A DNA stretch of 38,551 bases from an uncultured Peptococcaceae bacterium (GTDB lineage Bacteria; Bacillota; Desulfotomaculia; Desulfotomaculales; Desulfallaceae). This document shows, one piece after another, positions 18,266 to 27,913 of the stretch. The stretch is taken from the NCBI GenBank assembly GCA_913064925.1, contig CAJYBN010000001.1, positions 1 to 38,551 of the forward strand, read 5' to 3'. The number at the start of each line of letters is the position of its first letter. Within the stretch, counting starts at the first letter, position 1. The notes below the pieces were generated by a model. It did no database searches, was not told where the DNA came from, and saw nothing but the letters and a program-made list of their open reading frames with translations. A program made the position numbers and the translations under genes.

Positions 18266-19312
18266 ATGGCAAATCTCCCTAGCTTGCGGGACCTATCGCT
18301 GGCGGAACTGAAACAAGTGACGGCCGACCTGGGTTTGCCGGCGTACCGTGCATCCCAAATTGCCGGTTGGGTGCACCGCAAAGGGGTCGCTTCCTTTGCG
18401 GAAATGACCAGTTTGCCCCGGGACGTGCGGGAAATGCTCTCCCGGCGGTTTAGAGCCGGCGGCTTGAACGTGGCCGGGAAAAAGGTTTCTCGCGACGGCA
18501 GCACGGTAAAATACCTGCTGGAGCTGGCCGACGGGCAGACGGTGGAAAGCGTGCTGATGCGTTACCGGTACGGTTATTCGGCCTGCCTGTCCACGCAGGT
18601 GGGGTGCCGCATGGGCTGCCGGATCTGCGCGTCGGGGCTGGAAGGGCTGGTGCGTAACCTGACGGCGGGGGAAATAATCGACCAGATTTGGGCTATGCAG
18701 CGTGATTCCGGCTGCCGGGTGGGGCGCGTAGTGTTGATGGGCTCGGGCGAACCGCTGGATAATTATGCGGCCACGATAAAATTCTTGACGCTGGTGAATG
18801 CGCCGTACGGGCTTAATATCAGCCACCGGCACGTTACGCTGTCCACCTGCGGCATAGTGCCGCGCGTATATGATCTAATGGAACTACGCCTGTCCATCAC
18901 TTTGGCGGTTTCGCTGCACGCTCCCAACAACGAGCTGCGCAGCAGGCTGGTGCCGGTGAATAAAGCGTACCCGCTGGAAGAACTGCTCCCGGCATGCCGC
19001 GCGTACGCGGAAACTACGGGCCGCCGGGTTTCGTTCGAGTACGCCCTGCTGGCCGGCGTCAACGACTCGCAGCAGCACGCGGGCGAACTGGCCGGTATTT
19101 TACGCGGTATTCACTGCCACATCAATTTATTACCCGTCAATCCGGTACCTGAACGCGGGTGGCGGCGCAGCGCCGCGCGGAACGTACGCGCTTTCCGGGC
19201 GATGCTGGAACGGGCCGGGTACCCGGTCACCGTGCGCCGCGAATTGGGGCTGGACATTGACGCCGCCTGCGGCCAGCTGCGGCGGCGCGTCAATGCGAGG
19301 GGTCGGGAATGA
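18266..19312 (+). CDS. rlmN: 23S rRNA/tRNA (adenine-C2)-methyltransferase RlmN (radical SAM)
   Basis: CX3CX2C cluster CRMGCRIC, GSGEPL, and the C-terminal CGQL cysteine. Confidence 0.9.
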   Translation: MANLPSLRDLSLAELKQVTADLGLPAYRASQIAGWVHRKGVASFAEMTSLPRDVREMLSRRFRAGGLNVAGKKVSRDGSTVKYLLELADGQTVESVLMRYRYGYSACLSTQVGCRMGCRICASGLEGLVRNLTAGEIIDQIWAMQRDSGCRVGRVVLMGSGEPLDNYAATIKFLTLVNAPYGLNISHRHVTLSTCGIVPRVYDLMELRLSITLAVSLHAPNNELRSRLVPVNKAYPLEELLPACRAYAETTGRRVSFEYALLAGVNDSQQHAGELAGILRGIHCHINLLPVNPVPERGWRRSAARNVRAFRAMLERAGYPVTVRRELGLDIDAACGQLRRRVNARGRE

Positions 19313-20058
19313 GGTTTTGGCGTAAACTGGAAAGCAACTTGGAAAGGCATATTGAGGGTTTTTTCCAAAACAGGTCCGAGGGCGACTTGCAGCCCGTAAA
19401 AGTGGCCAGGAAACTGGCCCGGGAGATGAGCGACCGCAGCCGGCCCGGGCTGCGTGAAGTATACGCGCCCAACCGTTACGTGGTATACCTGGATGCGGGC
19501 AATTATGCCCGCGCCAAGGCTTTTGTTGAACAGTTGTCGTCTGAATTCAGCACTTACCTGGCCGGCAAGGCGGTGGAAAAAAATTATACTTTGCCGGGGC
19601 CGGTGACGGTGCACATCGAAGAAGACAAAAACCTTGCCCCGGGCAAGTTCAGGGTGGAAAGTTTTTTTACGCGGGCGGAGGATTTAAGCCCGCTAACGGA
19701 AGATACCCTGTGCTACACTCCGGTCTGCAGCGGCGGCTCGCTCCGGGAACAGCCGGTAAATGGCGAGCGGCCGGCTCGCCTGGAAGTGACGGAAGGCGTG
19801 CTGCGGGGCAGGCAATTTACACTGGATGACAACCTGGTGGTTCTCGGGCGCAGGGAAACGTGCGATGTCTACCTGCCCGACGCCAGCGTATCCAGGCGGC
19901 ATGCCGTGGTGATGCGCCAGGGCCGGCGGTACGTCATCAGGGACCAGGGCAGCACCAACGGTACGTATGTGAACGGAGAGAAAGTGGAAAACAAGGTGCT
20001 GGGCCACGGCGACATCATCAAACTGGGTAAAACCGTGCTGGTTTTCAAGGTGGAATGA
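19309..20058 (+). CDS. FhaA-like protein (N-terminal DUF3662-type domain + C-terminal FHA domain)
   Basis: FHA signature GRRETCDVYLPDASVSRRHAVV...GSTNGTYVNG. ATGA overlap with rlmN. Confidence 0.8.
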   Translation: MRFWRKLESNLERHIEGFFQNRSEGDLQPVKVARKLAREMSDRSRPGLREVYAPNRYVVYLDAGNYARAKAFVEQLSSEFSTYLAGKAVEKNYTLPGPVTVHIEEDKNLAPGKFRVESFFTRAEDLSPLTEDTLCYTPVCSGGSLREQPVNGERPARLEVTEGVLRGRQFTLDDNLVVLGRRETCDVYLPDASVSRRHAVVMRQGRRYVIRDQGSTNGTYVNGEKVENKVLGHGDIIKLGKTVLVFKVE

Positions 20059-20061
20059 TTT

Positions 20062-20559
20062 TTGGAGATTTTTTTGTTTGTTTTGCGCACCATGTTTCTG
20101 GTGCTGGTTTACGCATTTATATTCATTTTATTATCTTACTTACTGAAAGACTTGCGGGGCACTGTACCGCGCGCGCCGGTACGACAGCCGGATGCCCTTA
20201 GGAACAAGGCCGGGGTACTGCGGGTGGTGAGCGCGCCTTCCGCGTGCGGTTTGGTGGGGAAGGAATTTCCGCTGGCCGGCGAATTGAAACTGGGCAGGGG
20301 GCCGGAAAACGAAGTGGTAATTCCCGACCGGTTTGCTTCCAACCGGCACGCGCGGTTGTATTGCCGCAACGGGCAGTACTGGCTGGAAGACCTGGGCAGC
20401 AAAAACGGTACCTTTTTAAACGGGCTACTCCTGGAAGGGCCTGCAGTGCTGGCAAACGGTGATCACATCAAGATCGGTAACGTGATATTCAGGTTTATGA
20501 GGTGGGATTATGAGGTGGAGTCAGGTCACCGAGTGCGGACCGGTGCGCCGGAGAAATGA
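20062..20559 (+). CDS. FhaB/FipA-like membrane-anchored FHA-domain protein
   Basis: One N-terminal TM helix (IFLFVLRTMFLVLVYAFIFILL), then FHA LGRGPENEVVIPDRFASNRHARL...GSKNGTFLNG. TTG start. Confidence 0.75.
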   Translation: MEIFLFVLRTMFLVLVYAFIFILLSYLLKDLRGTVPRAPVRQPDALRNKAGVLRVVSAPSACGLVGKEFPLAGELKLGRGPENEVVIPDRFASNRHARLYCRNGQYWLEDLGSKNGTFLNGLLLEGPAVLANGDHIKIGNVIFRFMRWDYEVESGHRVRTGAPEK

Positions 20560-21223
20560 AGACTGGTTGTGTGCCTGTCCCGGTTTGGGCTTGTTTGCCG
20601 TGGCCGACGGCATGGGCGGGCACCTGGCCGGCGACGTGGCCAGCAGAATGGCCCTGGAAGAATTGGAGAAATATATCAGGACGCATGCCGGCCGGGGATA
20701 TGCGGCCCGGGACCTGCTGGCGCTGGGCATACAGCAGGCCAACGCGGCGGTTTACCGGTCGGCCTTGGAAAATGCCTCCCGCAGGGGTATGGGAACGACG
20801 CTGGCCGCCTGCCTGGTGGAAGGGTACCGGCTCACCGTGGCCAATGTTGGGGACAGCAGGGTGTTGCTGCTGCGCGGCGAAAAGATACAAAAGCTTACCA
20901 ACGACCACTCCTTGGTGCAGGAGCTCCTTGACGGCGGCGTGATAACCGAGCAGGACGCTTTTCACCACCCGGGCCGCAATGTTCTCACCAAGGCGCTGGG
21001 CTTAGCCCCGCGGGTGGAGCCCGACATCTTTACATACCAGCTGGTGGCCGGCGACAGGCTGCTCATTTGCACGGACGGGTTGTCCGGTTTCGTGCGCGAG
21101 CAGCGGATTGGGCAGTTAATGGCCGCAGCGGAACCGCACGCGGCGGTGCGGGCGCTGCTGGCCGAGGCACTGCGCGCCGGCAGCAACGATAACATAACCA
21201 TGATACTCATGGTGATGGATTGA
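20510..21223 (+). CDS. prpC: PP2C-family Ser/Thr phosphatase (Stp/PrpC/PstP-like)
   Basis: RRNEDW, ADGMGGH, GDSR, TDGL and SNDN motifs. The start overlaps the previous gene by 50 nt and is preceded by GAGGTGG. Confidence 0.9.
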   Translation: MRWSQVTECGPVRRRNEDWLCACPGLGLFAVADGMGGHLAGDVASRMALEELEKYIRTHAGRGYAARDLLALGIQQANAAVYRSALENASRRGMGTTLAACLVEGYRLTVANVGDSRVLLLRGEKIQKLTNDHSLVQELLDGGVITEQDAFHHPGRNVLTKALGLAPRVEPDIFTYQLVAGDRLLICTDGLSGFVREQRIGQLMAAAEPHAAVRALLAEALRAGSNDNITMILMVMD

Positions 21224-22476
21224 TGCAGAAACGCTCCAGGGAGAGAAAACTGCTACTGGCGGCTTTTCTTTATACCCTCACCGGCGGAATAATCCTCTAT
21301 CTGGATGATCCGGGGCTGCCGGGGCTGGGGGCTATCAGCGCGGCCTGCGTTATGTTTGCCGGGTTTGTGGTCTTCAGCTTCACTTGGCAAAACCGGAACG
21401 CTGGTTTTGACCCGTACATCGTGCCGGTTATCAATGTACTGGCGGGCACCGGCATCATATTCCTGTTCAGGCTGGAACCGGCTTACGGCTACAGGCAGCT
21501 GGCCTGGCTGGTTATCAGCATGGCGGCCCTGTATTGCACTACCCTGCTGGGGCAGCGTTACCGGTGGCTGGGAGAGTATAAGTACCTGCTGGCCCTGGGC
21601 GGCATCATCGCCCTGCTGCTGCCCGTTTTTGTGGGAGTGGAAATGGGCGGAGCAAAGAGCTGGCTGGACCTGAGGCTTTTTCACTGGCAGCCGTCTGAAT
21701 TTGTCAAGCTGCTGCTGGTATTGTTTCTCGGCAGCTACCTGGTGGAAAACAGGGTCCCGTGGCGTTCGGGCGGCGGGCGCGCTTACTTTCTGCCGGGGGC
21801 CCAGGCATGGGGTCCGCTGCTGGGCATGTGGCTTACGGCGCTGCTGGTGCTGGTTTTTCAGAAGGATTTGGGCACCGCCCTCATTTACTTTGCTACCTTT
21901 CTGGCCATGGTGTATGTGGCCACGGCCAGGTGGCTGTATATATTTGGGGGAGTTTTTTTGTTTATCGCCGGAGCGACGGCGGCGTTTTTTACGGTAGGCC
22001 ACGTGCACACGCGGGTGGCCATTTGGCTCAACCCCTGGGCGGAGGCACAGGGAGCGGGTTACCAAATTATCCAATCCCTTTATGCCATTAAAGCCGGGGG
22101 GCTGTTCGGGGCGGGGCTGGGTAACGGTTTTCCGGGGTTTATCCCCGCGGTGCACACGGACTTCATTTTCGCCGCCATTTGCGAAGAAATCGGGCTGCTG
22201 GGCGGAATAGCCGTTTTGCTGCTGTTCATTATTTTGGTTTACCGGGGCTTTAAGATTGCGCTGGCCGCGCGGGACGATTTCGCCCAAATAACGGCGGCCG
22301 GTTTCTCTGCTCTGCTGGGCCTGCAGGTTTTTATCATTATTGCCGGGGTGACCAAGTTATTGCCCATGACCGGTATAACCCTGCCGTATATCAGTTACGG
22401 GGGCAGCTCGCTGGTAGCCAATTTTATCCTGGCCGGTATGCTGCTCAACATATCTGCCGAGGCTGATATAATATGA
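21220..22476 (+). CDS. SEDS-family peptidoglycan polymerase (FtsW/RodA)
   Basis: Polytopic protein (roughly ten TM segments by eye) with conserved SEFVKL, QKDLGTALI, PAVHTDFIFA and PYISYGGSS. Confidence 0.9.
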   Translation: MMQKRSRERKLLLAAFLYTLTGGIILYLDDPGLPGLGAISAACVMFAGFVVFSFTWQNRNAGFDPYIVPVINVLAGTGIIFLFRLEPAYGYRQLAWLVISMAALYCTTLLGQRYRWLGEYKYLLALGGIIALLLPVFVGVEMGGAKSWLDLRLFHWQPSEFVKLLLVLFLGSYLVENRVPWRSGGGRAYFLPGAQAWGPLLGMWLTALLVLVFQKDLGTALIYFATFLAMVYVATARWLYIFGGVFLFIAGATAAFFTVGHVHTRVAIWLNPWAEAQGAGYQIIQSLYAIKAGGLFGAGLGNGFPGFIPAVHTDFIFAAICEEIGLLGGIAVLLLFIILVYRGFKIALAARDDFAQITAAGFSALLGLQVFIIIAGVTKLLPMTGITLPYISYGGSSLVANFILAGMLLNISAEADII

Positions 22477-23852
22477 AGTATAATACGCGCAGGCTGGCAT
22501 ACGCTGTTTTAATAGGGCTGGCGGCCATATGCGCTTACCTGGCCCTGATACCGCCCTACGTGGATTGCGTTTCGGGCGGCGGCACTCAGCCGGCGGACCC
22601 GCGCCTGCAGGCCCGGGAAAGCATGATCAAACGCGGGGATATCCTGGACCGCCATGGCGAGGTGCTGGCCTGCAGCCTGCCGGCGGAACGGGGTTACCAG
22701 CGCTGTTACCCGCTGGGCAATGCGGCGGCTCACGTCACCGGCTACTGCTCGCAGCAATACGGTTCTGCGGGCCTGGAGAAAAGCATGGCTCCTGTTTTGC
22801 TGGGCCTGCGGGATGAAGACGTTTTGCGCAACTTGCGCAACCGGATCCTGGGCAGGCCGGCATCGGGCCGGGACATAATGCTTACCATCGATGCAGGGCT
22901 GCAGGCGCACGCAGCCCGCTTGCTGCAAGGGCACGTAGGTGCTGCGGTGGTACTGAACCCGGCCACCGGCGAGGTGCTGGCCCTGGCCAGTTACCCGGCG
23001 TATGACCCCGCTGTGCCGGGCAAATATATTGACGGCCGGAAAGCCCCGCTGTTAAACCGGGCCTGTCAGGGAGCCTACCCGCCGGGATCGGTTTTTAAAA
23101 TAGTCACGGCGGCGGCCGTGCTGGCTCACGAGCCGCGCGCGGCGGAACAAACCGTGCATTGCACGGGCGAGCTGGTAATTAACGGCTTTGTGTTGCGGGA
23201 CAACGCGGCACACGGTTTGGTTGATTTTTACGAGGCATTTGCGGCATCCTGCAATGTGGCCTTCGCGCGGTACGGCCTGGCCCTGGGAGCAGAAAAACTG
23301 GTGCAGCAGGCGCGCGCTTGCGGTATAGGAAAACGGCCGGAGTTTCCCCTGCCCGTTTACGCCGGGCACATTCCACCGGCGGGAGCTATGGACGGGCCGG
23401 CCCTGGCATCCACCGCCATAGGCCAGGGCGAGGTGCTGTTAAGCCCGCTGCATGCCGCTTTGCTGGCCTGCGCGGTGGCCAATGAGGGCCTGGTCATGAA
23501 ACCATACATTGTAGCCGGGTACGAGAACCCGTACGGCCGCTTCAGCCGGCGGCATCCGGAGAAGTGGCTGCGGGCCATGGATCCGGCGGTGGCCGCGGTG
23601 ATTAAGCAGCAAATGGTGGCTGCTGTGGCCGGCGGCACGGGGCGGGCGGCGGCGCTGCCGGGTGTGGCGGTGGCCGGTAAAACCGGTTCGGCGGAGAACC
23701 CGCACGGGCCGCCCCACGCCTGGTTCGTGGGATTCGCGCCGGCCGAGCGGCCGCGGGTGGCGGTAGCCGTGCTGCTGGAAAACGCCGGTTCCGGGGGGCG
23801 ACAGGCAGCGCCCCTGGCCCGGGAAATTTTTCGGAAAGCTCTGCAGCCCTGA
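22473..23852 (+). CDS. Class B penicillin-binding protein (transpeptidase, PbpA-like)
   Basis: SxxK (GSVFK), SxN (SCN) and KTG (GKTGSAE) motifs. ATGA overlap with the SEDS gene. Confidence 0.9.
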   Translation: MKYNTRRLAYAVLIGLAAICAYLALIPPYVDCVSGGGTQPADPRLQARESMIKRGDILDRHGEVLACSLPAERGYQRCYPLGNAAAHVTGYCSQQYGSAGLEKSMAPVLLGLRDEDVLRNLRNRILGRPASGRDIMLTIDAGLQAHAARLLQGHVGAAVVLNPATGEVLALASYPAYDPAVPGKYIDGRKAPLLNRACQGAYPPGSVFKIVTAAAVLAHEPRAAEQTVHCTGELVINGFVLRDNAAHGLVDFYEAFAASCNVAFARYGLALGAEKLVQQARACGIGKRPEFPLPVYAGHIPPAGAMDGPALASTAIGQGEVLLSPLHAALLACAVANEGLVMKPYIVAGYENPYGRFSRRHPEKWLRAMDPAVAAVIKQQMVAAVAGGTGRAAALPGVAVAGKTGSAENPHGPPHAWFVGFAPAERPRVAVAVLLENAGSGGRQAAPLAREIFRKALQP

Positions 23853-23907
23853 TCCCGACCCTTAAAACCGCCGCGCCGTTTTTAAACCTACTTCCGAGGT
23901 GAAGCGT

Positions 23908-25773
23908 ATGATTGGTAAAATGCTGGGTAACAGGTATGAAATACTGGAAAAGCTGGGCGGGGGAGGTATGGCCATTGTTTATAAGAGCAGGGATACTTTA
24001 CTGAACCGCCTGGTAACCATCAAGGTATTGCGTCCGGAATTCACCTCGGACGAGAATTTCATCAAGCGGTTCCGCCGCGAAGCGCAGGCGGTGGCCAGCT
24101 TGTCTCATCCCAATATCGTCAATATCCACGACGTGGGGCACGAAGACGGTGTCCATTACCTGGTAATGGAATTCGTGGAGGGCGACAACCTCAAGACCAT
24201 CATTAAGCAAAAGGGCCGGCTCGACCCGGCGGAATCAGTGCGTATTGCCGTACAGGTTTGCGAAGCCCTGCAGCATGCCCATGAAAACAACATAGTGCAC
24301 AGGGATGTCAAGCCGCATAATATTTTAATTACCAAGCAGGGGCGGGCCAAATTGACCGACTTCGGTATCGCTATGGAAGCTACCGCCGCCACCTTGACCA
24401 GGACCGACACCATCATCGGGTCGGTACACTATTTAAGCCCGGAACAGGCGCGGGGCGAAACGGCTACCGCCAGGTCGGATATATACGCCGTGGGTATTTT
24501 GCTTTACGAAATGCTTACCGGAAAGCAGCCTTACAGCGGCGATAGCCCCATCGCCGTGGCCCTCAAGCATATCCAGGAGACGCCGCAGCCCGTCGACAAG
24601 GTTAACCCGGCGGTACCCCCCGAGCTGGCGGCGGTGGTTATGCGGGCCATGGAAAAAAACCCCGAGCGCCGGTACCAAAGCGCCGGGGAACTGGCCAAGC
24701 ACCTGGAGATGGCTGTTGAAGACACCGGTCAGGCTACGGTGATACTGCCGGCGGGGAACGTGAAGCGAGCCGCGCCGGAACAGGAGGAAGACGACTTGAC
24801 GGGCGCAAGAGGAAACAACGGTTGGCTCACGCCCCGCTTCTGGGTATGGGCGGCGGTAATTGTGCTGCTGGCCGGGATGGTTACCGGAGGAGTATATGGC
24901 TTTTACAAATATATGGATGTGCCGGTGGTCAAAGTGCCCGGCGTGGTGGGAATGCCCGAGGAACAGGCCAGGGCCGAACTGAAGGCGCTGGGCCTGCAGG
25001 TACAAACCAGGGAGGTCCACAGCGAAGAGCCTAGGGGGATCGTCATCGCGCAGGATCCTGGCCCGGACGACCCCGAGGTTAAGCTGCCGCGGGTGGTCAA
25101 CCTGACGGTCAGCAAGGGGCCCGAAATGAAAGTGGTACCAAATTTGCACAACTTGACCGTCAGCGATGCATACATGCGGCTGGCTGAGGCAGGCCTGCTT
25201 TTGGCCCAGCCGCCCGCGGAGGCATTTCACCCCCAGGTGGAAAAAGGTAAAATAATTGCTCAAAGCCCCGATATGGGGCAAAGGGTGCCCAAGGGATCCG
25301 CAGTGCAGGTCACCGTAAGCAAGGGGCCGGAACCCAAAATGCAAAAGGTGCCCGACCTGACCGGCATGACTTTGCATGAGGCTCGCGGTATGCTGGCGGA
25401 GGTTAACCTGGCCGTCGACGAGAAGGCTATATCCTATGCCTACGACGCGGGCTACCTGAAGGGGCAAATCATTAAGCAGGAACCTGCCGCCGGCACGGAA
25501 GTGACCGAAGGGACGAAAATCAAGGTGGTGCTGAACCACAGCCCGGGCCCGGTGGAAAAGCAGGATACCGTGCATATAGAGGATGAAATACCCCGGGACG
25601 GTCGTACCCACATGGTGGAGATTGTGGTTACCGATACGGAAGGCAGAAAAGTGCAGTACGCCGGCACTCATACAGCCGGCGACAAAATCACCAAGACCAT
25701 CACTTATGCCGGCGGCGGAGTGGTGCAAATATATATCGACGGTAAGCTGGTGGCGGAAAACAAGTTGCAATAA
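23908..25773 (+). CDS. prkC: PASTA-domain Ser/Thr protein kinase PrkC/PknB
   Basis: G-loop GGGGMAIVY, VTIK lysine, HRDVKPHNIL, DFG, SPE. One TM helix, three PASTA repeats, and a C-terminal beta-rich domain. ATG 23908 follows GAGGTGAAG, so I prefer it to GTG 23899. Confidence 0.9.
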   Translation: MIGKMLGNRYEILEKLGGGGMAIVYKSRDTLLNRLVTIKVLRPEFTSDENFIKRFRREAQAVASLSHPNIVNIHDVGHEDGVHYLVMEFVEGDNLKTIIKQKGRLDPAESVRIAVQVCEALQHAHENNIVHRDVKPHNILITKQGRAKLTDFGIAMEATAATLTRTDTIIGSVHYLSPEQARGETATARSDIYAVGILLYEMLTGKQPYSGDSPIAVALKHIQETPQPVDKVNPAVPPELAAVVMRAMEKNPERRYQSAGELAKHLEMAVEDTGQATVILPAGNVKRAAPEQEEDDLTGARGNNGWLTPRFWVWAAVIVLLAGMVTGGVYGFYKYMDVPVVKVPGVVGMPEEQARAELKALGLQVQTREVHSEEPRGIVIAQDPGPDDPEVKLPRVVNLTVSKGPEMKVVPNLHNLTVSDAYMRLAEAGLLLAQPPAEAFHPQVEKGKIIAQSPDMGQRVPKGSAVQVTVSKGPEPKMQKVPDLTGMTLHEARGMLAEVNLAVDEKAISYAYDAGYLKGQIIKQEPAAGTEVTEGTKIKVVLNHSPGPVEKQDTVHIEDEIPRDGRTHMVEIVVTDTEGRKVQYAGTHTAGDKITKTITYAGGGVVQIYIDGKLVAENKLQ

Positions 25774-25783
25774 GGAGGTATAT

Positions 25784-26650
25784 ATGGATGGCGTAATTAT
25801 CAAGGCCTACGGCGGGTTTTATTTCGTCCGGGCGGTGGATCGCGAGCTCAAATGCACCATCAGGGGCAAGGTGCGCCGGCAATACGGGCAAGTGCTGGTT
25901 GGCGACCGGGTGCGCGTTGTCGAGACCGGCGACGGCCAGGGTGTGGTGGAGGCCCTTTTGCTCCGGCGCTGCGCCCTGACCAGACCTCCCGTGGCCAACG
26001 TGGATCAAGCCGTTATCATATTCTCGTTCACGGAGCCGGAACCCAACGCTGTGCTGCTGGACCGTTTTTTGGTCCAGGCCCAGGCGGCCGGCGTGGACCC
26101 CGTGATATGTTTCAACAAGCTCGATCTTGCCGGGCCCGGGGAATGCGCAATACTGGAGCATTACGAGCGGGCCGGGCACCCGCTGCTGCAGGTGAGCGCC
26201 AAAACGGGTGCCAATATAGAAAGGCTGCGCGAGATCCTGCGGGGACGCATTTCCGTGTTTGCCGGGCCGTCCGGTGTGGGCAAATCCAGCCTGCTCAATG
26301 CCCTGCAGCCCGGCCTGAAACTTAAAACAGGGGAAGTAAGCCGCAAGTTAAAGCGGGGAAGGCATACCACCCGGCACGTGGAGCTTATCCCTCTGGCCGG
26401 CGGCTTTGTTGCCGATACGCCGGGCTTTTCCAGCTTGCAGCTGCCTCCTATGTCCAGGCAGGAGCTGGCCGGCTATTTTCCCGAGTTTACCGCGGTAGGG
26501 GAGCAGTGCAGGTTTGCCGATTGTCTTCACCGGGACGAACCCGGGTGCGCGGTCAAACAAGCCGTGCAGTTGGGGCGGTTGTCGCCGCTTCGTTACCGGC
26601 ATTACCTGGAATTTTTAGATGAAGTGATTAACGGGGAAAGGAGATATTAA
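25784..26650 (+). CDS. rsgA: Ribosome small-subunit-dependent GTPase RsgA (CpgA/YloQ)
   Basis: Circularly permuted GTPase motifs NKLDL, GPSGVGKSS, DTPGF, and zinc knuckle CRFADCLHRDEPGC. ATG 25784 follows AAGGAGG. The upstream part of the tracked ORF overlaps prkC. Confidence 0.9.
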   Translation: MDGVIIKAYGGFYFVRAVDRELKCTIRGKVRRQYGQVLVGDRVRVVETGDGQGVVEALLLRRCALTRPPVANVDQAVIIFSFTEPEPNAVLLDRFLVQAQAAGVDPVICFNKLDLAGPGECAILEHYERAGHPLLQVSAKTGANIERLREILRGRISVFAGPSGVGKSSLLNALQPGLKLKTGEVSRKLKRGRHTTRHVELIPLAGGFVADTPGFSSLQLPPMSRQELAGYFPEFTAVGEQCRFADCLHRDEPGCAVKQAVQLGRLSPLRYRHYLEFLDEVINGERRY

Positions 26651-26652
26651 AG

Positions 26653-27324
26653 TTGATCAAAATTGCACCGTCCATATTGGCGGCCGACTTCGCCTTCCTT
26701 GGAGAACAGGTGCGGGCTGTGGAAAGGGCCGGGGTAGACATGCTGCACATTGACGTCATGGACGGGCACTTTGTGCCCAACATTACCGTAGGCCCGCTGG
26801 TGGTGGAAGCCCTGCGCCCGCACTGCGGGCTTGTTTTTGACGTACACCTGATGATCGACGACCCCGATCGCTACATCCGGAGGTTTGCCGAGGCGGGCGC
26901 TGATATTATTACCGTGCACGCAGAAGCCTGTGCCCACCTGCACCGGACCCTGCAGATGATCAAGCAGGCCGGTAAAAAGGCCGGGCTGGCTTTTAACCCC
27001 GCTACGCCGCCCGCTGGGCTGGATTACGTGCTGCCCCTGTTGGACCTGGTCCTGGTTATGACCGTTAACCCCGGCTTCGGCGGGCAAGAATTCATCGAGG
27101 AAATGCTGCCCAAAATCGGTGCGGTCAGGAACTGCCTGCGCCGCCACAAGGCCGAAGTCCTGCTGGAGGTGGACGGGGGGATCAACGCCCGTACTGCTCC
27201 CCTTGCGGTCAAGGCGGGCGCGGACGTGCTGGTGGCCGGGTCGGCCGTTTTCGGGGAAGGCGACCCCGCTTCGTCGGTTCGCCGGCTTAAGGAGGCTGCC
27301 GCTGCCGCCGGGGTTCAGATGTAA
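26653..27324 (+). CDS. rpe: Ribulose-phosphate 3-epimerase
   Basis: HIDVMDGHFVPN, MTVNPGFGGQ, VDGGI. TTG start after AAAGGAG. Confidence 0.95.
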   Translation: MIKIAPSILAADFAFLGEQVRAVERAGVDMLHIDVMDGHFVPNITVGPLVVEALRPHCGLVFDVHLMIDDPDRYIRRFAEAGADIITVHAEACAHLHRTLQMIKQAGKKAGLAFNPATPPAGLDYVLPLLDLVLVMTVNPGFGGQEFIEEMLPKIGAVRNCLRRHKAEVLLEVDGGINARTAPLAVKAGADVLVAGSAVFGEGDPASSVRRLKEAAAAAGVQM

Positions 27325-27415
27325 AGTGATTAATAAAATTTTCCCGGTCAAAAGGAAAAACACAATTTACAGCAAATTATAACAGGAAAAGTGTACATAT
27401 CAGGTTGATAAGTGG

Positions 27416-27838
27416 GTGTATGGAATGCAAAATGAAGGCCAACTGGTAATTTTTGCACTGGCCGACCAGCTATATGCATTGCCGATCCAGGAAACCCAGG
27501 AGATAATCCGCATGACCGATATCACCAGGGTTCCCAACACCAAGGAATACGTGGAGGGCATCATCAACCTGCGGGGCAGCATCGTTCCCGTCATCAACCT
27601 GCACCGCCGCCTGGGCCTGCCGGACAAAGAACACGACGACGCCACCCGCATCATTGTCGTGGAATACAACGGGCAAAAAGTGGGCATGATCGTGGATAAC
27701 GTGCAGGAAGTGGGCAGGTACGCGGAGGACGAGGTAGAACCGCCCGCCGTGGCCGGCGACAACGTGGACTACCTGAGCGGCGTGGTGAAAAAGGGAGAGG
27801 AACTTTGGCTTTTGCTTAATTTGGCCAAGGTGTTGTAA
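27416..27838 (+). CDS. cheW: CheW-like coupling protein (orphan)
   Basis: 140 aa, a single CheW domain (FALADQLYALPI, INLRGSIVPVINL, VDNVQEV). No other che or mcp gene is in the window. Confidence 0.8.
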   Translation: MYGMQNEGQLVIFALADQLYALPIQETQEIIRMTDITRVPNTKEYVEGIINLRGSIVPVINLHRRLGLPDKEHDDATRIIVVEYNGQKVGMIVDNVQEVGRYAEDEVEPPAVAGDNVDYLSGVVKKGEELWLLLNLAKVL

Positions 27839-27913
27839 CTGCTTACGGCCGGCGATCAGGTTGCGGAAAACCGGCTTATTAGTTATGAACAATGACGGGG
27901 ATAAAGTTACCGG

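Noticed and set aside
25583-25783. Upstream extension of the rsgA ORF overlapping the prkC 3' end
   Set aside because: The extension is out of frame within prkC and has no similarity to RsgA. ATG 25784 has a perfect AAGGAGG RBS and begins the conserved N-terminal OB-fold sequence.
24433-25803. 456-aa ORF antisense to prkC. Similar long antisense ORFs occur at 21253-22287, 3484-4635, 1730-2524, 15734-16447, 26647-27363 and 29114-29809.
   Set aside because: Each lies entirely opposite a gene with clear family motifs. The translations are Arg/Pro/Gly/His-rich and low-complexity, with no motifs or RBS. These are typical stop-poor shadow frames in GC-rich coding DNA.
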